NCBI GenBank assembly: GCA_013239625.1
Contig: MU055574.1
Coordinates: 16,733,716 to 16,797,715, forward strand
Length of the DNA: 64,000 bases
Reading direction: 5' to 3'
DNA from: Lama guanicoe
Lineage: Eukaryota
Under the pieces are notes generated by a model, which did not search any database, was not told where the DNA came from, and worked only from the letters and a program-made list of their open reading frames with translations. Shown here in pieces: positions 9,725 through 22,379 of the stretch. Position 1 is the stretch's first letter. Every line of letters starts with the position of its first letter. Position numbers and translations under genes: made by a program.

Positions 9725-12700
9725 CGGCACATAAATGACCAAGTGTAGTTTAGTTATTTGGAATATAGACCATGAATTCTGCATGTGTTCAGAACTGCAG
9801 CGAGGCATCCTCCCCACCTTGTACAGCTGAGAATTTCACCTGCATGAATCGGTCTGTGTCAGCTCACCTTTGTGAATTAAGACGGACTAATCGTCATCAC
9901 AGACAAATGCCTCTTTTTTATTTTGATGTAAAGGAAACGGGAATAAGCATTTGCTTTGCTAAGATGATAAAACTTTGTCACCTGCGTTGCCATTTAAAAA
10001 TGATGATCGCCTGCTCACTGTGGATGGGTAGATTATTTGAAGGGATCTCAGTGTCCTGAGGAAGCACGAGGCTCTGAGTCAACACTGTGTTGATTTACAC
10101 AGATGCAAGCAGAGCGGCCCACAGCCTCTGGCATTTCTGCACAGCTGTCCTGTGACTCTTTGTCAGAGGAACCAAGCGTGGGGGGCAGAGTTAGCCACCC
10201 TTCCTTCTCACGGGAGAAAGCAGAAACACTGCACACAGTGTGTGTGGAAGGCCCAGGGCCATCCGCAGTGTCCCCCCACCGCCCTCCCAATTTAGAAACT
10301 GGGAGTCTTGGGGAGCTGGCATCCTTTCATAGCTATCCAGAAGCCCCTCTGGGAAAAGTACACCCGTGAAGGCATCTCATCTCTAAGCAACATCTTTCTC
10401 TGGAGGGTTTATAGAACCCAAGAGCCTGCATCCCACACAGATGCACACCTCTTTTCTGGATTTGGTTCCTTGTGGTACCTTGTGGCCAAGGAAGGCAAAG
10501 GATTTAGGCGTACTGGGGGGGCGGGTTCTTCTACTGGATGACAGAAGAGGTCTGGAAAGTTGGAATGATGGGTTGAATCTAGCAAGGTAAGACTTTGAAG
10601 GGATACGTGATGCTGTAAGACTTAATAATCAAATCCCTACTCAGGTAAAGGATAGCGAAGTTTGGCTGCAAAGTACTGCAAGTGAAAAAGGTTTGGGACT
10701 TTGATTTGCAGGCCATTGAGAATGAATTTCCAATGTGATGAGGCTAGAAGAAAAGTAATTGAAAGAGTGCTCGTGGTCGTTAGAGACGCAGCCGCACCAC
10801 TCCCTCCCGCCTCTGCCCGGGTCAGAGTTGGCCCTTTCTCTCCTTGGGGGGATGATACTGTGGGAGACTTGCTCCTAAACGAGACAGTGAGTCTTGAAAA
10901 GGTTCCAACCGAACCTCTCTAGCTGGAGAGGAGAGTGAAAGTGCCCCCTCGGGAGTGGGGTCTGGAATTGTTGGTGGATCACAGCCTGAAGCTGCATTCT
11001 ATTTACATGGTGTTTAGAATGGCTGCATGCTACTCTGTGATGTGTCCTGCATTTTTTAACATAGAATTTGTTTATTAAAATTGATGCTTTGGGAAAGTTG
11101 TTCCCTTCCTGTCTTATGGCTTTGAAAACCCTCAATGTACACCACATGTGGTGGGGGCTGGTGGTGGAGGGGGCGTGTGTGTGTCCACATCCAGCTTGAG
11201 AAGCAGGGCCATGGGTGACACCAAAGGCATTTAGAGCCATGCCTTATGGAGGGTGACTTAAGGATCAGCAATATTTAATAATTTATGGAGGAATAAGAAC
11301 TGGGGTGAGAGAAACTGTAACAGTCTTATAGAAGAGACACTGAATTTATTCTGGTTCACCAGAGGCTGGGACAGGACTAACGGTTGGAAGACAAGCTGAT
11401 TCTGAATTAATGTAAAAAATACAACAGAAAAAAAACAAACCCACTGCCTTCCTGAGTTCCCTGCTGCTGGAGACGTTTGTGGAACACCAGGTTGTTGGAG
11501 GTTTTCTAGGGGAGGTCCAGGCAGGTGTCACTCAAGGTTGGAAGAGGGCATGTCCGGGACCCTGTCTTCCCTCCTGGAAGCCACCCCAGGAGCTCCTGAC
11601 TGCTGGCTTCAGGGGCAGGGATGGTTCTGACTTGTCTTTGCAGTCCTGCGTGTAGCCTTGCTTGCAAACACTTGGAGACCCGTGGAAAAGGGTGCTTTGT
11701 AGGTGTAAGTGTTATTAAGCTCCCAGCCCTTTGTTTTCTGTGCAGCCACGGAAAGGCATAAGATAAGATGTTTTTTCCCCCAGCATAACCTTTTCCATGT
11801 GGTTTTCTACACCTCTTTCCTCTGGGAATTCATTATGTTGAGTTCAACTTTCTTGGCTCAGAATATCCACATTGCAGTATTTGGACTTAACTATGTGGCT
11901 TAATCTTACATATATGTGTATATATAGACACACATGTACATTTAAGCAGAATTTTAAAATTACCCTTGAAGTATCTATGTGAATGAAGTGGAAACAGTGC
12001 TCTTCAGAGAGAGCAGCCAGCCCGCAGCAAAGCAGCTGGTTACCTGCCTGCCTTGACTGTGTAGGTATGCTAAGGGCACGGATGCTGTTTTGGGGTTTGG
12101 GGGATGTAATAAATTTTTAACAAGGTAATTCAGCTTTCCATCTGTCTTTTCCAATGAGTGGATTTCCATGCGGTTCACAGGGGACTTCCTGGGCAGAGTA
12201 GGTGGCAAGGACGTTGAAGGTTTCCCTCAGGACACACGGCAGGTGACTGATGTCTGGAGAGGGGTTCATACAGGAACTTTGGATGCTGGTCATTCTGCCC
12301 GTGACAGGGGAGGAGGGATAAGTGTGGACTGAGTGGGTGTCAATGAAAAGGTGGACTTTGGAGATATCAAGACTAATTTCTCTCCCTTCACTTTCTGCTC
12401 AGAGTGCCTCTCCTCTTCTTATGCTTCCGTGCTGTTCTAATCTGCCTTCTCTTTCTACTTCTACCGTCAACCCTCCAGGCCAACGCTGGCTCCTGGCAGG
12501 GGCGGGGCAGGACTGACAGCCACAGCACTTGGTGGGCGCAGGAGACACCACTGACGGGGCAGCCTCTTTCCACCAGCCTCCCCGCCCCAGCATCAGAGCA
12601 TCAGAGCCGCAGATTAAGTTGAACTCGATGTAAGAGATTTGCGATAGATTTCCTGTTCTCTCAACTGGATGGCAACCAAATTCGGCATATTGTTTTACTT

Positions 12701-13961
12701 CCTGGCCCGGCTCTAAAATGAAATGTCCTGTTTCGGTGTCACGCTTCCACGGGGAGTGCTGCATTCTGCTGTAGGTGGGGTGGCAGGGTTGGCAGCATCT
12801 TGGCATCTGCTCAAGACTGTGTTCATTTCCTCTAGATGTAATGATTCAAATGCTGGCCACTGGGAGCTCGGTGTTAGGGGTGCTGGGAAGTCAACATCAG
12901 CCTCTCGGAAAGAATTCGAACTTGGGTGGAGCTGATGTTGCTCGGTGACCTTTACCCTGTCCTCGGTCCCCAGGTCGTGGCACGTCACACACGTGCAGCA
13001 GTCGCATCAGAAGGGCCTTCCTGCTGGAAAGATTGGTGTCCTGTTTCTAAGTGCATCAGTGGTTGGAAGAAGGGACGGGCTCAGACCTGCCGCAGCAGCT
13101 CTGGCCCTCGACCTCTTGTTCTTTCCCTTGTTCTAAGAGGCTCACAGCCTCAGTTTGGATGAGTTCTGTTTGTGGGAGGGGAGATTTCTCAGTGCCTCTC
13201 AAGAACATAAAGTACCATGGAGGGAGGAAGCGCTTCCCTGGGGATGCTGTTTCTGGGGGCAGAGCTGGGGTCCTGCGTGTTTCCCCTCCTGGCTTCTGTG
13301 CAACCCGGGTTCCGCTGTATCACCTTATTTGTCCGCGTGAAGATCTGTTTTTAAAGGAGGAAATGAAACTGGTGAGAGTGAGACAGTTTTCAAAACATTT
13401 AAACTTTTGTGAATGAAGGTTCATAACACAGTAGTGTAAAGCAGTCATGAGGGCACCCCGTTCAGCTACAGTGCAGGTGAGAGCGGGCTGGGGCTTCCTT
13501 CACAGTCGATGTGAAAGTGTTCGCGAAGCAAGGGATGCGAGCCTATAGAGATGGTGACCGCATGATTCATCAGCACACGAGAAGTGCTCAGAAACCTTTA
13601 TTGGTTGACGGTTTTAAGGGATAGTCAACAAGTGAACATACGTGTGAGTTTTTTAGAATTTGTTTAAAAATCACATCTAATTAGAAGACATTCCAATCCA
13701 ATATTCAAAGTAGAACCTTAACGTCTACCTACAAGACTTGATTCGCTTATTAAGGGAAAGCCAAGTACTTGCAAGCAAGCATCTTTTAGCAGCATTTTAG
13801 GATAATATTTTACAATTCAGGGATATTTAGTTACCATTTCATCTCTTAAGTTCCCTAGGTGACCTCAGTTTCTTGTTACCATGCATTGTAAGTATAGAAG
13901 CTCCCTTAGTTAATGAATGTGGGATTTTCTTCTGCCTCCAACATTCAGATTTCCTGAATAA

Positions 13962-14195
13962 TGTGGTGTTGGGGTTAAGGAGGACGGCTCTGTGGCCAGA
14001 GTGCCTGCGTTCAGATCCCTGCTGCACCGAGGTCCAGCTATGGGACCTGCATAGTGGCGTAATGCCTCAAGCTTTCCATCTGTAAAATGGGGTTAATAAC
14101 TTTGCCTGCCTTCCAGGGCTGCTTTGGGGACCAGATGAGTTTCTGCCACAGACTGAGCAACAATGGATGTTTGCTATTGTTATTACTGGTATTAT
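13962..14195 (+). mobile_element. MIR SINE
   Basis: GGTTAAGGAG...GTTCAGATCCCTGCT...CCTCAAGCTTTCCATCTGTAAAATGGGGTTAATAA (MIR core). Confidence 0.7.
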
Positions 14196-14427
14196 ATTTG
14201 TAAAAAAAAAAATCTCATTTTCATTTGAGTTGATGGATACACAACTAGGCATATTTTGGATACGAGAATTTCCTTTTGTATTAAACAATCTCATTCAGTT
14301 TTTTCCTTCCTTCCTTCCTTCCTTCTCCCTCTCTTCCTCTCCCTTCCTTCCCCTCACCCCCCTTCGTCTCCTGGGTAGATCCTCAGGACATGGGACAGGG
14401 ACACCGTTTTGCTTCTCTCTCTCACAG

Positions 14428-14600
14428 GATGCACGCTGCTGTTTTACGAGACCTACGGGAAGAATTCCACGGATCAGAGCAGTGCCCCTCGGTGTGCTCT
14501 GTTTGCAGAAGACAGCATAGTGCAGTCCGTCCCAGAGCATCCTAAGAAGGAAAATGTCTTCTGCCTCAGCAACTCCTTCGGAGATGTCTACCTTTTCCAG
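14428..14600 (+). CDS. TIAM2: TIAM2 coding exon (173 nt, phase 1 to 0); PH domain
   Basis: CTCTCTCACAG|GA; GCTLLFYETYGKNSTDQSSAPRCALFAEDSIVQSVPEHPKKENVFCLSNSFGDVYLFQ; donor CAG|GTACTG. Confidence 0.97.
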
Positions 14601-16712
14601 GTACTGCTGAGCTTTCTAAACGTAGAGAGGCAGCGACGGCTTGTGTCCTGGTAGGGTGAGAAGGATCAGAATTAAGAGGCACAACTTAGCAAAGAAATAG
14701 AGTAAAAGCTGTTAGACGTTAGGGTTTAAGCAAGAGAATTGGCTCCTGTGGACTGCCAGGTGCTGTGGGGCCGTCACAGATGTGGTCATTCATGCGGCAA
14801 GCATTTCTGGGGTGCCCACCCACGGTGGTCCAGGCTGTAGCCCATGGGATGCGCTTCAGGAACAAAGAGAAAATTTGGCAACTCCTGTTCTGAAGTAGCT
14901 CATGGTCTAGTGGCACAAGATCTGAAATTCCCAGAGTGGAGGGTTTTTTTTTTAAGTGAAACCCAGAGAATGTGGACCATAGAGCCTTACGTTCTTCCCA
15001 AGAATCCCAGCGGAAGTGAAAGAAAGAGCTTTTCAGGACAACCCTCCTTGGCCAGTGCTCTGTATATCAGTTCCCTGTGGAAGTGGCCTTGGGACATTTA
15101 AGAGTCAGATTATCTACTGAATGATTCTTAGAGTCGTCCTGGCAAATGGGACGTCATAGAGCATGGATGGCAGTGTCACGCTGTCGGTATTGAGGTCAGG
15201 CTGAGATGTGCGTCCTGGTGCTGTTGTTGAGTTCCTGTGTCATCTTGGAGCACTTACTGAACGTCTCTGAGCTTCAGACCTTCAATCGGTAGGATCCTGA
15301 TAGCTTCCAGGATTGCTTGATGGATAAATAATATAATATCCATGCGTTAAGTGCTAAAGAGATGCTAAATATTATTGCTGTTCTTATTAGTTAACTCCAG
15401 AGAAGTGGGGGTGACAGCCAGGAAGTGAAGTGTGCTTCTGGAATACCTCCCAATGCAAACCCAGTCCTGCCTGCAGACACAGCCTGGGCTGCAGAGTACA
15501 TCCGGCCAGAAGGCTCACAGAAAACCTCGTAGGTTTTAGATGCAGGCCTCTGCTAAAGTTGGGCCTGGCTGCGCCCAGGACCCCTGCAGAACAACATAGC
15601 TGTTTCTTGGCTGACTTTGGGAAACTAGAATTCTCTGAAGTGTTCTCCACTTCAGAGTGGAGACGTCCCAGCACTTAACCAGGTTAGCTCACTGGGTCTC
15701 TAGCCTTACTGCCATCCTCAGCCTGACCTGGCTGACAAGAGTCAGGGTCTGAGACTGGATTTTCCTTCCTTTAACAGAAAGGCTGCTTAAACTTTCTGTG
15801 ATGCACTAAAGCAAATTAATGCACTGGGTTCATCGGAATTGTAGGAGAGGTTAGTACGTGGGGTTAAATCTGCATGAACTTAGGGGCCAGTATGAAATGA
15901 ATCTTCTATTTTGTGTTTCAGGCAAAATATCCTTAGTTTTTAAGAAATTTTTCCAATAGGTTTGTTTGATCCCAGAGGTCATTGGAGGATCGACCCCGTG
16001 GCCTGAATGTGTCTGGTTATTTCTGGGCATCGGGGAAAACTGAACGTGTATTTCCACCTGCTTAGACTCTTATGTCTTTGTCCCTTCTGCTTGGTTCAAA
16101 CTTTCTTTACTGTTCTTAAAATGTTCTTATATAGAAATAGTATATGGTCATTGTGTGTGCAGGTACTGAAGGGTTGAAAAAGAAAACCTCACACCATAGT
16201 CCCAGTATTCAGAGACGACTATTTTAGTTTTACTGTGTTCTCCCTGCAGTGTTCTTTCATTGTTATTTTTCATGGCTGAGTCCATACGACAGATGGAACT
16301 TCGTATCCAGGTTTCAAAGTGTAACATTTTAGTCCTAGTATTTTCTCATTCTATTAAAATCATGAAGATAAGCTGCCTTTTTAATGAGCGGCACAATGTA
16401 TAATGCATGGCTAAACCCTGGTTTTCCTATCCCTGTCCTGTTGTTGGTGTCCAGCTTGCTTCTGGTTTGTCTGTCCATCATGTCTGGGGCCATGTGGGAC
16501 CCCGAAAGTTTCCCCCAGGCCCTCTGGAGCCCAGGAAGCCTGGGAACCTGACTTTAGTGGCTGGGTGTGTTTTTAAAATCAGTTTGTATGAAGTGAAGGG
16601 ACTTTGGGGTTCGTACACATCAAAGCGCAGCCAGCCAGCTGCTTCGGCGAACACTTTTGTGGCAAAACACTTCCAAATTGGTTCTTCTCTCCCCCCCCTT
16701 CCCCGGGTTTAG

Positions 16713-16937
16713 GCCACCAGCCAGACAGATCTGGAGAACTGGGTCACTGCCATCCACTCGGCCTGCGCATCCCTTTTTGCCAAGAAGCGTGGCAAAGAGG
16801 ACACGGTCCGGCTCCTGAAGAACCAGACCAGAAGCCTCATTCAGAAGATAGACATGGACAGCAAGATGAGGAAGATGGCGGAGCTGCAGCTGTCCGTGGT
16901 GAGCGACCCAAAGAACAGGAAGGCCATCGAAAACCAG
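16713..16937 (+). CDS. TIAM2: TIAM2 coding exon (225 nt, phase 0 to 0); PH end / coiled coil
   Basis: TTTAG|GCC; ATSQTDLENWVTAIHSACASLFAKKRGKEDTVRLLKNQ...SDPKNRKAIENQ; donor CAG|GTGCGG. Confidence 0.97.
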
Positions 16938-17547
16938 GTGCGGGTCACTTCGCAGCCTTTCCTCCCATTGCTCCGGTCACTCGCAGCGAACTCCGATGGG
17001 GAGCTGTTTCTTACACACGTGGGGGAAATAGTTTCTGCGGCTTCTTGGTTCCCGCACTTACTGGCTGCGCTTTTGCCATGTGGGTGATGCGATGTGCTTC
17101 GCTGCCTCTGGTGGCTGTGTCTGTGTGGTGGAACATCTTGTGACCAAATCTTGTTTCCTGAGGTTAAGTAGCGCCTTCTTGCCTAGCTGATTCTCTCATA
17201 TATTGCCGCTTTCCAAACAAAAGTTTTATAATAAAATTACCGGAAGATTAGGCAGGTGAGATTCTGATACAGAGGATGGCTTTGGAAGGAGTGGTTTGGC
17301 GTAACACAGCTGTTCCCAAGTCTGTGGATTCCAAAAAAATAGTATTTTTTTCTTCTGTTTATAACCTATAAGATACTAAGGAAAATGCATTCTTTGGCCT
17401 GTTTCCACATTCAGATAATAATTAAACAGCTAGTTTCTATGCTGTTTGGATTTTAGTGGAGAGGAAGTAGCTTCATTTCTATTTTCCTTTCCTCGGACAA
17501 CCTGAACACTTTGACAAGTGTCAGTGACATTTCTAGCACCTCTCTCT

Positions 17548-17885
17548 TCATTCAGGTTCCCCAGGAAACACACTGAGATGGAGATTTGCTTGTGAGGAGT
17601 TTAATGAGAATGCTCTCAGGAGTAAGGGCATGAGGGAGCTGGATTAAGGAGCGACACGTTGAATTGTGCCGAGCTTGTCTCACGGGGGCTCGGGAACTGG
17701 GGTGAGGGTGGGTGGCCTTTCAGAGTTGCTTGTAGCAAGGCACACCAGTCAGCTGGTCAAGGCAGCTGCCTTCAGTGGAGGCTGGTTTCCAGAGAGGGAC
17801 CCGTCCATGAGCCATGAGCAGCTGAGGGAAAGAATGCCTCTTCCTTGAAAAGGGGGTCGGGTGATGCACAACAGTATCCACTACA
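17548..17885 (-). mobile_element. Old MaLR LTR (MLT1J/K-like)
   Basis: CAGGTTCCCCAGGAAACACACTGAGATGGAGATTTGCTTGTGAGGAGTTTAATGAGAATGCTCTCAGG resembles old MLT1 antisense consensus. Confidence 0.5.
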
Positions 17886-18823
17886 GTCCCTTCAAAATCA
17901 ATGTCAAGTGATCTGGGAACTTGAAGAAGACTAGGGTGAAGACAGGTTGTTGTGTTCCTGAATTTTCATCCTTTTTACTGGGTAAATTACTCCAGAGAGA
18001 CCTGGTTCTTTAAAAAATTCCATGGTAATACAACAATTTGGATACTCCACTAGATGCATCTTCCCCGTAGCGTTTGACTTAAATCACAGATTAAACAACA
18101 CATTATCAATCTTCTACTTGTGTTTGATACATAATCTTGCTTAGAATGTTTTTCCATCTGCATGTTTGTGGAGAACTTAGAATGTGTGGGAAGAAATTTC
18201 TGACTGTTTATAAGAAACTGATGAAAGGTGTGTATTCAAATGACATATTTGTGATCCACTAAGAATTTGGGCCATATCTTTGGCAGTAGTGGAATGGCCG
18301 AGTAATTCCCATCTCTTGCCCCCTCATTGGGTGTTTCTAAATGATGGCGCAGTTGAGACAGATCTTCTGATGATACCTGGTTCCATCTTTGCTTCTCCTT
18401 TTCTGATGTCCTGTGTTGTCTTTCTCCCTTCCCAATCCTTCCCTCTCACGAATTTGTCCCTCTTCAGATATTGACATACCCAACAGATGCCAGTAGCTGT
18501 AAGAAATAAAAATGATTATAAGATACGGATGCTGTTTCTGAGAGATGTATCATTTAGTTAGAAAGCAGGCCTTGGAAATGTGAAACTAAAGAATATTCTA
18601 GAATGGTAGAAATTAGGACTAACTGGCATAGTCGTCAAATACTATGAGAGACCAGGGGTTGAGCTTGTGTTGTGATCTTGAGGAAGTGGAGGGAGACTTC
18701 CTGGAAGGACATGGACTTAAAAAGTGGGTAAGAGGTGTGTACGTGTGAAAGCTAGTCCGGGCTGGGAGAAGGGTGGGGAGCGTGGTAGGACAGCTTGGAG
18801 GTTTGACTGACCCGTGAATAACA

Positions 18824-18986
18824 CAGTGACCCTCCGGCAGTCGAAAATCCATGTGTACCTTATAGTTGCCCCTCTGTACTCAACCAACCCCAGTCCTGTG
18901 GTATTGAGTGCTGTGGTATTTACTGCTGAAAAAAATCTGCATGTGAGGAGACCCAGGCAGTTCAAACCCTGTTCAAGGGTCAACTG
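18824..18986 (-). mobile_element. TcMar-Tigger MITE (Tigger2a_Art-like)
   Basis: Right end AGGGTCAACTG|TA is the reverse complement of the Tigger TIR CAGTTGACCCTTGAAC with a TA target. Left end is CAGTGACCCT. Internal GCAGTTCAAACC and AAAAAAATCTGC motifs. Confidence 0.75.
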
Positions 18987-20030
18987 TAGGAGTGACGGAG
19001 GGCCGGCCTGCGGCTCCTGGGCTCGGAAGGGATGAACAGCTGGCCGTTTGGTGGGACAGGCTCTGGTGCAGCTTTTTCAGCGTCTTAAATACAAGGCTGG
19101 GATATGAGGTATGTTTTAGCCTCTGGATCTAAGGGTGGAATGTAGGTTTTTAAGTCGGGGTGAAAAGCATGATGAATGCGTTATCTTTGGAAGGTGAATC
19201 AGGCAGTGGCTTGGCGGGCAGATTGAAGTGGAGAAAGGCGTCGGGTGGTGGAGCAGCCCTGCTCTGGGTGTGCAGTTACGAAGGCCTGGTCCGGAGTAAC
19301 ACGACAGAAGTTGAACCATTTGTATGGAAAATGTTCTCAGAGTGCATCATTTCCTATAATTTTTATCAAAGATAGTTTCCTATGTTCCTGAATTGAAACG
19401 TTCCTTCCTCAAACAGAACATCCTGTTTGTTTAAGGAGTACCGGCTTGCAAACTACAAACTACAAACTAGTTTTAACGAGGAACTGAAAAGGAAGTCGTA
19501 AAGGAGAATGGAGGGAGGTGGAGGGGTTTGGCGGGGTTGATGGGGTCACGGCTGCTGGACGAGGTGCGGGCATCAGGAGCTCAGCAACTCGTGGATTCAG
19601 GTGCCCCAATTAAAAGTCTCATACTGGCTGTAGTGGGGAAAGCTATGGTTTTGTCTTCCACTGGCTCTCTAAAATTTAGCTTCAAAGCCATACTTTAGTC
19701 TACCGGCAGGGATGCCCAACTGGGAGTTTTCAGGTTCTTGTATATTGTCAGATGTTTAGGTCCAGGGAGAGGAAAGGGAGGTTGGTCCAGATTGAGAAGC
19801 TTCTGTCCTTTTTGTTTGGTTGTCTTCTTTTTATTCTTTTTCAAGAAGTCCAAGCAAACATTTTTTAAAAATTTAAACTTTTATTAAATGTAACTTTATT
19901 CCTTTTTTCATGGCTGGTAAATGCTTAATTAATTAATTGTTTTTAAAATTTGCATTTCTATTAGGCATTCTAGTGTTTCTTGACTTGAGTGCAGGTTTGA
20001 TGATCCAGCATGTGACTTATCCAGACAGCT

Positions 20031-20161
20031 TCTTTTTTAGGGGGAGGAGTATAGATAATTAGGTTTATTTATTTATTTTTAGAGGAGGTACTGGGGATTG
20101 AACCCAGGACCTTCTGCGTGCGAGGCACGCGCTCTACCACTTGAGCTATGCCCCCCTCCCC
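20031..20161 (-). mobile_element. tRNA-derived SINE (Vic-1-like)
   Basis: TAATTAGGTTTATTTATTT...GGAGGTACTGGGGATTGAACCCAGGACC...CTCTACCACTTGAGCTATGCCCCCCTCCCC. Confidence 0.9.
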
Positions 20162-20449
20162 AGTGATAAATTTATAATGTCAAAATTGGTACCCTTCTCT
20201 CTTGGAGGTGGGAGTTACTTTGACATAAACCCCTGCACAAATCCAAGGGTCTAAGGTGGTTAGTTGGCTTGAAGAGACGCTCTTGTAAAGAATTCGAGTA
20301 ATTATTAATTGTGGCCCATTATGCATTCTTGGACGGGGTCATTACATCAGTTATTTTAAGCATATGTCCTAATGCTGCCAATTTTTCATTTCAGTCCTGC
20401 CCTCCCCCACCCCTTCCCCACTGCCCTCCTGCCACCTCCCCTTCCATAG

Positions 20450-20485
20450 ACACATTCACCTCATTATCACATTTGTGAATTTCAG
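20450..20485 (+). other. Candidate 36-nt in-frame microexon (THSPHYHICEFQ) or recursive splice site
   Basis: ~50-nt pyrimidine tract + CATAG| acceptor, 12 stop-free codons in the phase of the host intron (0), near-consensus donor CAG|GTAAGA. Confidence 0.3.
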
Positions 20486-22379
20486 GTAAGAAACAGTTCG
20501 GGTTGATCTTCAGATGTTCCACCTGAAAATATTCTCCTTACCAATGCGGCAGTTGCTAAGATTGTAATTTGTTCGTATTTATTCGTATTTCCCAGAGGGC
20601 TTTGCGGTGGGTAACGTGAGTTCCACTTGCTGTGTCCGCTGCCCTTAACTCGTTTGCCAGATGGTTGTCAAGAGAGCTATTTGCTCTTTATTTGTAGACA
20701 CAAAAGAGAAGGGGAAAAAAGCACATGCTTAGAATTAGAGTTACTTTTATGAGATGGTTTTTGACTGGAGAACGTTCTGCGAAGCTACAAAGGCAGAGAT
20801 ATTTACAGATCAAGATCAATAAGAACGTGATCTCCCAAATACCCCGTAAGTATATAGTTTTCTCTAAAGTGCCTTTTAAAAACTTCTTTAAAGGAGCAAT
20901 GCTTTATCCAATCACCATTTAAAAATCTCAGCTTCACTGTATTTTATTTTCCATAAAAGAAATATTTATTTACAGAGCGCTTTCCCCCGGAGATCCCGGG
21001 GCACTCACATATAGTCATCTATAGCCTGACAATGGCTGAACTTACAGTGCACGTTACATCACGCAAGATGAAGAGTCTGGAACAGATTTTCTTTGAAGTG
21101 CTTTGGTGGAAGAGATCATTGTCAAGGCCCTTGCAGATAAAAAGGCACTATCGTAGTAAGAGTGGGGACGTGCTTTGCTTGAAAGAGACCATCATATGGC
21201 CTTGTCCCCGGGCCTTTCGGAGACTCTGTAGGGCAGAGCCTTTGAGCACATCCAGTGTGGAGCAGATTGTGCAGCCAGTCCCCATGTGGGATGCCTTTTG
21301 AAGATCGAGGGAGGAAGAGCTGTAAATTAAGTCTAGTGAGTACTTTATTTTCCTTTCCGTTTATTATCTCAAACGAGTAAACCAGGACAAAACCTCAGCC
21401 TGCTTAGGCAGGCATGGCCTCCTCCCAGGCGACTCCCATGCACCGCCTGCCTTTGCCCCTTTCTCACTCCATTTGGGGGTGGGGTGGGGGTGGGAGGGTG
21501 TTAATTAGGCCAGAGAGGGGGGAGGTGGGCAGAGCAGGGGTGAGGACGTGGTGGGAGGAGCGAGCTCCCAGCCGCTGGGTTTGGGACTGCTCTGGATTTT
21601 GTGGACTGTGGGCTTCATTTTAAATATCTGCTTAAAGTTTCAAAATCATATAAAGAGGATGGATTGAACTTAGACAGTTGGAAACTGCAGTGAAGGCAAC
21701 AAACTGAACAAAGCCTTGAGGAAAATGTGATCTGGGGTAAGTGTTGGGGGGAAGCCACTCGGGGAATAAAGCATTGGAGGGTATCTGTGACAGGGGTGGC
21801 GGGAGATCAGACCCGATGACAGAGCCACTGGACCAAGACAGGCGCTTCCTTCCGCGGGCACAGGGGAGGTGGTCAAAGCCGGAGGGCAGGAGGGGAACAT
21901 TTGTTCAGTGCATACTCTGGGCCAGGCGAGCGTGCAGACTGGGAATTCGAAGAAGAGGCTGTCTTTGCCACAACGGTGCTCTCAGCCAAGCAGGGTGACA
22001 GCTGAGCATATAATTTCAACATATAATAGAATGAATTCAGAACAAATGATATTCCAGAGTGTCGGGGAAGACAAGCATAAATGGGAAGCTGAACCTCCTG
22101 TGTAGTCACAGAAGACTTCCTGGAGGAAGGATGCTGGGATTGTTCCTTAAAGAATGAGGAGTCAGTCAGGAGAGGAGTGGATAAGGAATTCCAGGCCAGG
22201 GGTCAGCATGAGCCAAGGCAGAGTGCTCGGAAGTGATGCGGTCGCCCTGGCAGTTTGAAGTTTCAGGCACATGACGTGCAGGTGGTGAGAGAGGGAGGGG
22301 TAGGGAGGACTGATTCCTCTCTTCCCTGTCAGGCTGCAGAGGCTGCCGGGCTTACCTTTTCCTCAGATACATCTTCTGT

